From positions 1 through 64,000 of the forward strand of contig JAKMXF010000288.1 in the NCBI GenBank assembly GCA_024704765.1: a stretch of DNA of 64,000 bases, written 5' to 3'. The position numbers and the translations under genes are program-made. The notes beneath the pieces were generated by a model. That model was not told the origin of the DNA, did not search any database, and worked only from the letters and a program-made list of their open reading frames with translations. Below are positions 10,268 to 23,700 of the stretch, one piece after another. How positions within the stretch are numbered: position 1 is the first letter of the stretch; every line of letters begins with the position of its first letter. The DNA is from Oopsacas minuta. Its lineage: Eukaryota > Animalia > Porifera.

Positions 10268-12337
10268 ATGGTAACAAACATGAGCCAGTTAACACAATTG
10301 ATAGATGATCAAATGCTGCAATTATGCGAGAAGAGATTGAGGGAAATACAGTCGTTTGACTTAGAAGCTGTTAATCCTAGCGAACGCGACTTTATCGAAT
10401 TTATTAAAGGATTCGAGATGGAAATGGCATTCCTTGATAAAGAGGAAACTTCCATACTCTCAATGGAAACACGTTCTAATCTAAAGTATCGTTATTCTAT
10501 GATTATCGAGGACTACAAGAATATCATCACAATACCCAATCTCCTAGTTGAAATGGATCAAATCATAGCTCCATTTGAAGTCAAAGTAAAGATGATAGTG
10601 CGAATAAGTTTATCGAAAATATACGAAGAGTTTGAGATGAAAATGTCCACCAACAAAATGATCCCTGTCTCACTCAAAAGTAGCTTTAACAATCGATACA
10701 ACCTGCATTTACAGAAGGCTACTCAACTTCTCATCGATGATATCCTCCCGATAGATTTCAAAGACAGTCTCTACTACATAGAGAGGACACTAGCAGAACC
10801 TTCCCTATACTCTCTAAACGGTCTAATTATGTGGAAGGAGACAGCTGATAAAAAGATGTGGTTAATTCGGAGATTGTTTCTCATGCGTCCTGAATTCCCA
10901 AAACAGATCGGGGATATAATTGTGAAGAGATACGAATCTCTGAGCATAAAACTCAAGGCTGAGATCCTAAAGATGAGAACATATCCCATACCAGAACCTT
11001 GGTGTTCAGATTGTGTGAAGAATGGACTAAGACACGCAATTGATGGAGAATTCATTTTCTATCTAGATCCTGATATAGAAGAAGGCATGAAACCAGTGAA
11101 TCCTTCTAAGAGAGACATACTTCCCGGGGGTATCTCACGTCAGGAGTATGACACAAGGATGAACAGACTCGATATGGAGTACGCAATAGCAAGAGATACG
11201 TTGGAATCCATGAATGCTGATGATATAGAAAAGAAATGTACAGAAATAGAGGATTGGTATACTAAAATTGAGGGAATTGTTTCGTTTACATTTAATGAAC
11301 TTTCTTTGCTGTACAGAGACGCTAGGTCACTAGAATTTCTGGTCAGAAAGAATATAGACGATAAATTATTGAGGACAATATATGACATAGTGCTCAGAAC
11401 AATCCGTCACTATTTTCACAACAGAATAGATATTCCTTCTTTCGCCATAACGATTTATAGCAATCCCTTGATGATAGCTCCACCCAAAGAAGAAAGGAAT
11501 ATCCCTGTGGAATCTGGCGTTGACAGAGGGGGCGAAAAGTTCATACAATTAGATACTCCAGCCGCTGTAATCGTGGTAAAGAATAACATAATAGTTGCGG
11601 ATAGATACGGTGATTCAGTCTCACTCTACAGAGCCGATGATCTTGCAGCTACATTTTCGTATCATAATCCTCGTTTAGCTGGTACACCTGTCTCATTGAC
11701 CTACTTCAAACCGTTTGTATTTGTCTGCTATTCAAGTTTGTTAGTGCAATACTGTATAACATGGGAAGATAGTCGAAATGCATTTGAGATACTTCGTGAA
11801 AATAACATTAAAATACCACAAGCTTGTTGTATTGCGTCTTCCGAGGAGCTTTTGTATGTGGGGACTCTCAAGCCCAGTCTCATCCATATACAGCTAGATC
11901 CTCTCCGCGTAGAACATGAATATCCACTCAATCCCATCCTGCATACCATGAAAAGGAATAGGTATCCATGGCTACAAGACATGAAAGTTGCTGGTGATTT
12001 TGTCTTCTGTCTATTCACGGGAAGTCCCTATCCTCTCCAATGGTTCTCTCTAGAAGGAGAACTAATAAAGTTATTACTCACAGAGGATCAGATAGTAGGA
12101 GCATACAACTTCAACGTGTTCTGGAATCCGATCACTGATGAATGGAGATTCTACGTATGTGATTTCTGGGATAATTCCATTAAAGTTTTTGACATGTTTG
12201 GAAATTTCATAGAAACAATTTGTGAGACAGGACATGGACTGTGTCAAATATTCCGTCCTACTTGCATATTCATAGAAATAACTGGTTATACTACTATAGG
12301 GGACATGAAGGTGGACAATTGTCTACAGAGGTTCTAA
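10268..12337 (+). CDS. 689-aa intronless protein: ~400-aa unrecognised helical N-terminus plus a C-terminal NHL-like beta-propeller
   Basis: Uninterrupted 2070-nt ORF in AT-rich DNA. C-terminal blades LDTPAAVIVVKNNIIVADRY and VCDFWDNSIKVFDMFGNFIETICETGHGLCQIFRPTCI match the NHL pattern. Confidence 0.8.
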   Translation: MVTNMSQLTQLIDDQMLQLCEKRLREIQSFDLEAVNPSERDFIEFIKGFEMEMAFLDKEETSILSMETRSNLKYRYSMIIEDYKNIITIPNLLVEMDQIIAPFEVKVKMIVRISLSKIYEEFEMKMSTNKMIPVSLKSSFNNRYNLHLQKATQLLIDDILPIDFKDSLYYIERTLAEPSLYSLNGLIMWKETADKKMWLIRRLFLMRPEFPKQIGDIIVKRYESLSIKLKAEILKMRTYPIPEPWCSDCVKNGLRHAIDGEFIFYLDPDIEEGMKPVNPSKRDILPGGISRQEYDTRMNRLDMEYAIARDTLESMNADDIEKKCTEIEDWYTKIEGIVSFTFNELSLLYRDARSLEFLVRKNIDDKLLRTIYDIVLRTIRHYFHNRIDIPSFAITIYSNPLMIAPPKEERNIPVESGVDRGGEKFIQLDTPAAVIVVKNNIIVADRYGDSVSLYRADDLAATFSYHNPRLAGTPVSLTYFKPFVFVCYSSLLVQYCITWEDSRNAFEILRENNIKIPQACCIASSEELLYVGTLKPSLIHIQLDPLRVEHEYPLNPILHTMKRNRYPWLQDMKVAGDFVFCLFTGSPYPLQWFSLEGELIKLLLTEDQIVGAYNFNVFWNPITDEWRFYVCDFWDNSIKVFDMFGNFIETICETGHGLCQIFRPTCIFIEITGYTTIGDMKVDNCLQRF

Positions 12338-14717
12338 TCTTACATCTCTCTATCATTCTCTCTCCCCTTGTATATTTTCTTTATTATTGTTTATTAAAAT
12401 CTTATATTATTCTAATCGATTACCAACGGATGTGATAGTTCAAAATTAAAGAATCTAGGTATCCCAGCGAGCAGGCTTCCCTCTAACTTTCTGTGGAAAG
12501 CACATCTGAAGGGGGGGGGTGTTGTCAAAATGTGATAAATTCAGGCAAATATCGTGTGAATCGAGCATTTTTCAGGAAAAATTCCGGGAGAATACCCCTG
12601 GATTCCTTAGTGGGAACGCCGCCAACGAGTTTTCAATAAACGTGAAGGGTAAGTATTTCATGTTCAAAGAATATAATAATTTTGTATTTGAATTGTTATG
12701 TTTTTCTCGTACAGTTAGGGGCAAACTGCACCGATTTATACTATACTCATATAATCTTTCCCGATCATCACTTGAAGTTATATCGCTGATATTTATCACA
12801 AATACTAATAATTATAATATACTCACCGAAATTGAAACATATTTTAAAAATACTTAATATGCGCCTGTCAGGATGTATGTACGATACGGGTACTACCAAA
12901 GTTGGTAAATTTGACAGCTTACAGTAATACGTACAAAGTTATACGTATTGAATTAGCACAAAGATCAATCCCATACTTAGCAACCTATTAGACAACAAAT
13001 TTCGGTGGTTTCACGTTATTTCCCCTATTCTACGAAAAATGGCCAGGATTATAGCAATACATAGAAATATTTTCTGAGGATTTTCAGAATTTCCAGGGGG
13101 ATATGACGTTAAAGCCAGATATTTCAGGGGTCCTTGAAGGGTTGGCAAATATGAAATCTATTAACTAATCACTTGAATTGTTATTAGCTACTTTTCTAAT
13201 CAAGTGAAGAATCTTCAAGCTCTATTCAATCTTATAACTGCTAGCAGATGTGTATTTACTAACAGACTCTACAGATTCACACTGGATTCTAAGATAATGA
13301 GATCATTTCATAATCTTTTCCATTCTTGTTCCAATCAAATGTGCTGCAAATAATTAGAATAATATTTCTATAATTCTACTATTCTCAATAAGAACTCTCT
13401 CATTCATCAGTGATTTACGTAGAAATAATTCTATTCTACTTTAATGGATTTATTTTCCTATTTTTATTGAATTCACATTCTTGCAGGTAATTATTTCCTA
13501 TGGTATAATTGATTTTATTTGTATAACATATTACTTACAGTGCAATCTCTATTAATGGGGAAACTCTATAAGCAGGGCAATTATGGCCCACCTTCATTCA
13601 TTCCTAAAGAAACGAAGCTATATAAGCGGGAGGGGACATAGAAAATATATTCTCCTTAAATATTTATTTAAACATATTTATATTGTGAGGGGAGTCTAAT
13701 TACCGTATTTCCCTGAATATCTGTCAATGTTTTTTTGTTCGGAATTGATTGAGGAACTGGTAAGAGCTAAAGACTTGAAATTTGCCATGTGTGTAGAATG
13801 TGATAGATCTAGAAACAAATTCTAAGATCTAAGTGATATCTCATAAATTCTTTGAGAAAAGTCAAAATGTATTGACTTATCAGATTTGAGGATTTACCAA
13901 TTATGGTAATATTATCCCATCATGTGTTAGGCTTTAACTCAGCTCAATTAAGATTCCAAAAATTACTCAATTGTTCCAATTCCGAAAATTTTTGAATTCC
14001 AATTTGTCAAACCCGTAACCATGGTTTGTTAATTTATAAGTACGCAATAATTAACCAATGTAACCACTATATAGTGGAATATTATTGAGATGCCACTGGG
14101 GTAAATATGTAACTATCATTCTTTTTGTTCTCATTATCTGATTAATCAGTTTTCACGTTAATTATTATTGTTAACATCAAGTGAAAATATAGAAAAATTC
14201 GTTTTCTCAATAATTATAACTTCACAAACTTTTCATTTTATACAATAAACATTCTTCGCATCACAAAATGCACTGAAGCGTAGTGCAAAGAAATACAGCT
14301 ACAATATTGACCATTTTCACGAATTGTACTTCATTAATTAGTTTCTGAGATTAATACGATACAAAATGCACCCGAACTGTACCCGCGGCCACGAAGTGTT
14401 TCCGTACCGCTCAGCGCAAGTAAGCAAAGCTTGCTTGTTCTTCTAGAGTGGTGATAAAAATTTATTCACAAGTTTTGGAGCTAGTTCCCTCAATAATTTT
14501 TGAACTTTTTAATTATAATTACATACACAATAGAACATAAAATAAAGTGACTACAATTTACATACTTGATTTGTTAAGAGAGATATTCAGAGCAATTGTT
14601 ATGTCATAAACTATAAAGCAAAGAGAGAAAGCTTCTCAATTCACATATACAAAATCAAGTATATGTGAATATTAAAATTGTATTTATTGCGCTTTAAGGT
14701 ATATCTTGGGTGATTTA

Positions 14718-17700
14718 TTATAGTGGTTGTTCTGCTGATTTTCGTAGGTTTTCAATTTCTCGTAAATTTTGTAGAACTGGGCTATCACTACGAGTTGATA
14801 CAGGTTCAGGTTGTTGATGCTTCTTTGCTACATTCAGTAGAGCATCGATTCTGCCCTGAAGGCCTTTTCCTACTGTAGTAGTAGACTGTTGTGCTAAGTT
14901 TTGTCCTAGAAAAGATATTGATAAAAAGATAAATTGTTACTTTGTAACCTCCACAAATGGGGTGCTAAAAACGCCAAATAATGCTACCCCGTTGCCCCGT
15001 TCATGGAGGGTCATTGTATGGGACCAAGAATTTGATATTAGACTAATGACTACAATAATCAATCTGTAGGTCTACACTCTATAGCAGAGTTGGGATGACG
15101 TCATGTTGCCCACAATGACTAATGAGCCTAGTTCCGGCCCGGCAATGCTCTATCCTCTATAGTATTGGTATACATACCTGATAAAGATTTCTGCTTATAT
15201 GTAATTGTAGATAATCTGTTCAGGTTAGAGTCTATATACAAAATTATTGATAATTATTATTACTTATTTATACAAATTATGTGTTTATTGGTCTCTATAA
15301 AACGGGAAACTTTTCAAACAAAAGAAAATATACAGAAATTTCAAACATATGGAAACTTCACATTATAAGTTCTCATTTCTTAAGATTTACAAGTATCTCA
15401 TATAATTTACTCAATTTTAGATTCCTTGATAACCATCAGAAAGATAACAGTATATATTACAGTACAACCTGACACTCTTGAACAGTCCTAATGAGTTTGG
15501 GGATCGAAATTGCACTGTAGTTAATTACAGGGGCGGATCCATGATATAATCTCAGGGGGGGAGCCAAGTTGCGAGCGTAGCGAGCTATCCCTAAGGGGAG
15601 TCTGGGGGACAAGGCCCCTATAAAATTTTAATATGTCATGCTGAAATACCGAACTACAGCTATTTCTAACACCTATGGAGGAACAATTTAAGTTTATTTA
15701 TCTTATTAGTTATTCATTTTGAGACAGAAAATTAGATCTTAAAATCTCAGGGGGGGACTATGACCCCCAACCCCCCTTGTATCCGCCCCTGATTAATTAT
15801 AATTACTCTAATGGAACTAACCAGATAGATGATTGTTTTGTTTCTGTCTCTTAGGCATTGTATTGCTATCAGATTCTGCGCTTTGTTCTGTCTTTATTTG
15901 AGCTAAATGAAATGTAAATGTAAATAATTCATGTACCCATATCGTATACTCTTGAACGAAAATTGTAGTTCTCTCATGAATACAACGCTTAAGGACCATA
16001 ACTCCTTATAAGGAAGTCGAGTAATAATAATTATTCTTTAATACAATCAATGATGTTTTGTGATTAAAATTGAAAATATTAATACACAGCTATTATTAAT
16101 ACACTTGTGATGAGATTGGATCTCAGAAACGATTAAAATTGGAAAATTAACAAACCAAAAGTGAACCCTCTCATAAATACCTAACTGGCAGGATTCGTGT
16201 AAATAGAATTTCGTATTTCTTACAACCTTGGGATCTCTGAATTATTGGTAGAAATGACACTGTGGGGTTAACCGGCTAACCCAATCTAACCCTGTGTACA
16301 CTTTGAACTGATAAATATAATTGTGATCGATTCCCTTAGGTTATATCTTTTAGTTTATAATGACGTCACTGTTTGAATTAACCAATACATATGCATATAC
16401 AACTTACATAATCTATAGGCAGAATTAGACCCGCTTAGAGACACATACTTTCCTCTCCCTACGCCCTCACTCTGTGGAGTGTCACATAACCTCCTATCTG
16501 TGCTGGTGGACGAAGCAATACTCATATCCATAGACAAAGAACTTAACGAGCTAGATAGAGATCTTTCACTCGGCTTCTTAAGCACAGCACTGCCTACATA
16601 ACCTAATGATCTACGTTGTTCCATAGGGCTGGTTTGACGTATATGTGATCTGGATATTGAGTAGGCATCTGTATTGGTTAGTTTTATCTTGTGGTGTTCA
16701 TATAGATGTGCTGAGCTTGATCTTGATAGACCATCATGTGAATTTGACTTGGAAGGTTCTTTCTCAAGACCGTAGGCTAGTAGTCTTATTGCTAACGGAC
16801 TAGTTAGCTCGCGGGTTCTATCGCTTAGCTCAGGTTTTGATCTTGATTTGGTTGAAATTATCTAGAATTAGAGTAATTATGTACTGTATACTCTTGACCA
16901 GGACAGGAGATCGTCAATTTTCGCATTTCTTATTCAGATACTTATAATAAGTATGATTTCATTAACAAACATTGCTAAACTCTCAAAACACAATGTATGT
17001 CATTCAATTTTGTTTTAGTAGCAAAATAATATTATATTGAAATACTGAAATACAGTAGATTCTGCTTAATACGGTCACATCGGGATCGGGACCACAGACC
17101 ATTTTTATCCAATTCGATTAACCGAACTATTTAACACTAATCCTATTTGCATGTTTGTTTCTGGCCAATTGGCCCGATTAACCGTTGTCTCTAGAGTTCA
17201 GATATATGCAGGATCAGATTTAATTGCAAATGACCATGATTTTGGTGAAAATCTTCTGTAAATTATCTACTTGATTATCAAATTGATATATTATTTGTGT
17301 ACCAATTTCTAAAAATACATGTTTTAAATACCTTTGTTGTTACTCTATCCTTTGCTTCTTCTGTGTACAATTCTTCTATATTATGCTTATCTTCAGTAGC
17401 CTCAGGTCTGAACACTCCCTTACCGGTACTAGTACTATCAAATATACTCTGATGGAATCTTATCATAGTCTTGTGTGTAGGGTCTATTGAACCTGATCTC
17501 CCTAGTGACATACTTCTGTATACTTTAGCTGGAGATGGTCTTATCCTTGTATCGGGGACTTCCTGATCATCACTACCACTGCTACTCTATATATATAGAA
17601 AGATAAGAGAATATTAATTATAAGTATATTGAACAGGGCAACGAATTACTACAGTAGACTCCACTTAATTGACCATCAGTTATTCTGGCCAAGTAGCCAG

Positions 17701-20700
17701 AAAGATTGTGTATATGAATTACCTTAGATCTCTTCTGCTTATTAACTTGTATAATAAACTTTCCACTATCTCTCCTCACAGTAGAATATTGTATAGGAGG
17801 AGTATCAGTCTGTACATTATATTCCTGAGAATCACTCAGACGTGTTTTAGCAGACCGAGGTGGAGGAGAGGGTATATTTATGTCACAGCTGTCCTCAGAT
17901 GAAGTGTTGATACGTAGGAAGGGAGAGAGAGAGGTGAAGACTTTTCGTTTGGGACTAGATGAGTGAATTGGTTCTAGAGAATATAATAACCTCATTACAT
18001 ATCATTGATGGAGATTTAATACAACCAATTTTCGAAGTATAAGGATCTTATAATGTAGGCATGTAGGGGGTAGCTAATTTCAAATATTTCTTACGTATTA
18101 TGCAGAAAATTATATATACAATGCAACCTGCATAAGCCGACACCTGTATAATCGGGAAGACCTCTTCAAAAGTAATAGAAGTGTTTTGTTGAATGAAATT
18201 AGTCAAATGGAAAATTCGTCGAACTGTATAGTAGCGGAGAATTGTAGTATTTTATCTCGTTCCTAACTTGTTTGAATCATACATTGCTGGATTTGGATAT
18301 TAATCCTGATCCAGTAATTATGCTGAAAAACATTATATTACACCGGGATTAATTTCAACGGAGGCTAAATTCCAGTAAACTCACTGATATATAACAAAAT
18401 TACTCAAAGTTCTGTGATAAAATTCGCTATTTCCCTATTATTAAATGACTCTACAAACCTGTAATCAACAAATCACTCAGTTTAGGAAGATGTTCATCAC
18501 TACAGGGTATATAATTAATCTTAGCTTCCTTCCTCAGCCTCAAAGGACATGCAGGAGGCTCCTCAAGCAATGGACTATCATTGCTTATTTCATCAAGCCA
18601 AGATTCTAAATCCTTCACGATAGCATCAAATGCAAACTCATTAGCACTTGTTCTTGTACTAGAATCAGATATCCCAGTGGGACTACTGGAATCTCCTTCT
18701 TCTATGGTGGGAGGTATTGTAACACTCTGCTTTAGCTCCCAATCAGGGGAGCATGTTACTACGTCATCAAGGTTTGTCTGCATACCTCCGCTCATATACT
18801 CGCTGTCTAGTATTCCGAAGTTACTACAGGATGATTTACATTTTAATATATATTAACATACTATTGATCCCTAATTTCAAATTTTATTGTTTCTATTGCC
18901 TAGTTTTATGCTTGAAATAACCTAAAGAATACCTGTAATCTCTGTTCTGTGTTTGCGTAGATTGAGAATATAAAGAAAAGACGGATAGATAAATACATAT
19001 ATATAATTTCCCATTCTACATATAGTTACATAAATATGTTTTGTATTCATAAATTAACTTACAGCTCTTCTTGATGACGTATTCCTAGAGAAAAATTCAA
19101 ATTATAAACGACATAATTTAATAAGAAATCATAAATCATAAATCATACATATTATCAGAGCAATAAGTGCTCCTCATTTTTGGGAGCGCGCTCTTGCCTC
19201 CGCTCCTTTTCATTCTTTCAGATTTTCATTAGATTTGTATTTTAGGTAATCAGAATTAAATATAACAATTGTACATTCGGAAAATTGCTAAATGTGCGTC
19301 AAACTATTTCAATAAAATGTGAATCCACTTTTCTATGAAGAATACTAAATTTTATGCAAATTAGCGATGATATTTGGAAATTGTTTGCAATTAAATAGGA
19401 GCGCGCTCCAGTGTGTGCGCTCCTTTAATACTCTGCATATTATAAATGGAATACTCACGTTAGAGTGCTGTTAGGTAGACTGTGTACACTGAATTGAGAT
19501 GAACTTGGTGTTAGACTACCAGAACGACTGACTGTCCTTGATCTAGAAATAAATATTTATTGGATAAAGATTGGATATTTTGAAATTTGTTTCCCCATAG
19601 GAATTGTATTACAGTAGTTTTCCAATACTGAACGAAACTTTCACAAAATCGGTATCCAAATTCGGATACACATACACTTTATGTACGTACAGCTGATGAT
19701 AATTAGTCTCTATGTTTATAAAGTGGAAAACCGGTTTTAAGTTTTCACATTAGCCATTCTTTCCTGGCAAACAAATTTATTAGTGCTCTCCAATGCTTTT
19801 CATTTAATACGTAGTTATGTACTCTGTATAAAGAGTAGATCTCCATTGTAAGTATATTGATGTAATAATTATTGATTTAAAACAAGAGACAAAACCTTAC
19901 TTCTTATCAAGGTCGAAACTGATCGAACCGAATACTGATATTCGGGGTTAGTAATCGAATATTGAACTATTCGCCAAATATAATTCGGTGCAACCTTGCT
20001 TCTTATCCATAGTATAGTATATCCATTATTTGAGCTCTGCAAAGTGCGTTAAAATGCGAAATTTAGACATTGGGTTTAATACAAGGAGTACATACATGTG
20101 TATAGCCCAGCTATATTCAATGCAAATAATGAGCGCTCACAATAATCCTGTGAGAACACTGATTAATAGTCCAGCCCTCTATATTAAATATTAGAATATA
20201 AGACATAACTTACAGTGTAGGACCGATAATAGGAGTCCTGACGTGAGGCTGTGGATTCTCTGTTACAGTTCTCTGCTTATGATTAGCTTCATCCAGTGAA
20301 GATGTAGTACATATTAGCTTGCTATTGATCAGTGTATTCTTTGTACCCTTCTTAGCTTGTTTCTATAAGAAATATTATTAAAGTGATAACTTAAATAAGA
20401 ATTCTCGGGCTTTTTCTGGATTAAAAATATCATTCCACAATAAATATAATCTTGACGGGACACGAAAAGTGTTACCTTATTCTGGGTAATCATAAAGTGG
20501 ACTAAATAATTGAGATTATTGTATTCACAAGCAATGGAATGTATTCGTAGAATTGTCAGTAAAAATTGTTTGTGTAGCAATAATCCAAAAATTAAGTTTG
20601 AAAATTTGAATCAACTCACCTCTCTCATAGTATGATTAGGTCTGTGATTCGCTGTAGTTCTCCTAACCATGAAACAATTCTATATAAATAGAATAAATAT

Positions 20701-23700
20701 TACATTAGTATACTTAACAAATCTGATAATCAAACAATAAATTACCTGACATAGATTGTAATTTCTGCAGTTAGAGCATTTGAACCTAGATGACGTCATA
20801 ATAATTATAAAGTGTGTAAATATATTGTCTGTACTATTTTAAGACAATTGATAATAAGGGAGTGGCGACAGTAGCCTATAATATGGTTAGTTATAAACTG
20901 TGATAATCCGAGTACACGTGTGTAATAGATAGCGTGTGCATGCATGGGAAATCCAATGATAAATGAAATAACTTTTAACATATTACCACAAGTTTTGGTA
21001 AATATTATTACAGTCATTACCTTCGAAAATTATTCCAGGTAATACTATATGTCATTCAGTGAGTGGCAAATTCAGTTTGTCATTAATTAGCAATGAAATA
21101 ATATTCTTACAATGCTGCATAAAAGAGGTTTTAACAAATTAGTAAATATCTCTCGGGATCATACAAGCCAATTCAAAACTGCTAGAGCATAGATCAATAT
21201 CTACCTCCTTACGAGTAAACGAACAGCCGCACCTTACAGTAGCTGTGTATTTCTATGCAAATCTAAGATTAAATAATACTCATTATTATTGTCATTAAAA
21301 TTTCCATGATCCATCATAAATACGATATTACGTTTGTCGACTATGTGACAATATGTAAAATAGTCCGTATTTAGAGGGTAACATAGTGTGAATCCTTTGT
21401 GAAAAGCTGTAAATCAGGTTTCTACACCTGTAGAGAATTTATCACTATGTAAGTTTATTTAGAAGTTCTAGAATACTACTATTATAAAATTGACAGATTT
21501 ATTAAATTTATCAATCAAGGATTTTCCTTACCTCAATCCAACTATTGGAGTTTGTCTGCAACCAGAACATTTGATTTTGTGTCGATCTGGAATATAAAAT
21601 GAGGTAATTAATATGTTTATGTAAGGGTATACATGAATAACATGGCCAATACAAACAGAGAATATTTGTGAAACTTTTGGACACTTTGAAAGTCAATAAT
21701 TTCGCTAAATTTCTCACTCAAAAGAAACATGCTACGTGAATAACAATAGAAACTCGTAGTTGTATGTTTGAGTGTATTTCTTTGTACACCAGAACTTGGA
21801 TAAGATGTACTCGTTCGCGTTCGGAATACAAATTAGCATGTAGTACTAAATTTTTGGTTTGTAAGCTGGTGCATACGTACTTAGAAAGTACAGTAGAATC
21901 ATACATTCATAACGAGACAGTCAAGTTAGTACTTCTTATCGGATAATTATGATACAACGCAATATTTCGAGCTCTAATGATAGCTTACCTTTCTTACAAG
22001 TATCAACTCTCTCCCATACACTCAGCCATTCTAAGCAATCTGGCACTGGCTCGTGTATAATCAGAGATAAGAATTCATTCTGACTTATCCATTCTCTATC
22101 TGCACACTATTGGAAGTATAGAAATTATTTCCACTCACTTTTTTGGCGTTCAAATATTACGAAGCAACATTCGTCACTTTCTCCCTCTGTCGAATTTATG
22201 ATTATTTTGTAATACAAAATCAATTAACATTCTAAAAGCTCAAAGGCTTCCAATCTAATTCGAAATTCTCAAACTTCGCTATTAAAGCGAATATACAAGT
22301 ATAGCTCATTGGATTCGGGTAAACATTCCTACCAGTTATTGATTGGGTTGATTAGCAGAAATTAGCACTAATACAGTAAGAAATTTAGGTTTCCATTCTC
22401 AAATTACTATAGAAATCCATACAACACGAATATTAATGCTGTTTGGGATATTCCCACGCTGTTCTGAGAACAAAACTTGAGTATCCTTACATAAGTGGTG
22501 AGAAATCAATTTCAATGCTGATTTGTAATATACATTCCTCTCATGGATATCAGATAATTCTGCATTCCTTAATTCTTACTTGAAATATTTAGCATTCTAA
22601 GAATTCTTAACTGATTTCTACTGGCAAAATATGGAAATTTTGAATATCCAAAAAATGTTTTAAAATATCGAATTTTTATGGGAATCGCCAAAAATGTTCT
22701 AATTCATTACAATCGTAGCGGATAGGTAAGTACTTGATTAATCTTACCTTTGCATGTAATGCTAATCTTCCAAGACATTGTAGGCGAAATTTTTCTATGT
22801 CAGCAAGAGATGACCCAAAGCTTGGTCCTTCCCCTAGTCCATCTAATATCTGTAAATAAAAGAATACATAACAATAAATATGAATTGCAGTGTATTGATT
22901 ATCTCAGAGTGACTTGCATAGTAAAAGAACACATCAAATTTGGAGAAGTAATACCGTGACGTAAGTTGTATTTTAGCGGGAAATTGAATTTCATATTAGT
23001 AACTATTAACCTCCACCAAAAATGGGACAGTTTCTTTCGTATTTAGATATCTAATTATCCATGCTAATATAATAGATACGTAACTTCTACAGCGAATTGT
23101 CTAAAATAGAGTTTTATTCGGAACACTAGACTGCTATGTCTGTATAAATTTATGACAATGCATGGTGCTACGAAATGTAGCAACAAACAAATGACGTAAT
23201 TATAGGGTTTGGTGGGGAACTTAACCTAATTGGTGAATTATATTTTCTACAGCAGAGACACTATGAGAATAATATTGGTGTAGTCATAATTTTCCTTCCA
23301 TGGTAAACCCCACAACAAAATGACATTTCATTCCAGACATGATTTAACATATGTCTGGAATGAAATGTCACTATCCAAATTTTGGCACCATATTGAATAT
23401 TCATATCTAGTCAATATATCCGGTATCGGGTAACCAAATCTGTTCAGGGTAGGCATTCGAAATAGCTGATATGGACTGTATTATCCACTGTGTTCACTTT
23501 CGTTACTAAAATCTTTGAAGTTTAATTACTACACATTTGACAATATTATATCACTCAAAACTATCCCTGATTAGAAGTTACTAATTATTAATTGACTTAT
23601 ACTGTATTAATTATCGTTAAGTAATACTGAGGTTTCCGTCAAATTTGTAAAACTTCCTTTATAATACCTAGTCTACTGGAATCCGGAATTTACATACAAA

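Noticed and set aside
12480-14500. Probable decayed TE fragments and stop-riddled frames (including ORF 12519-12857)
   Set aside because: No matching TIR pair or convincing protein motif.
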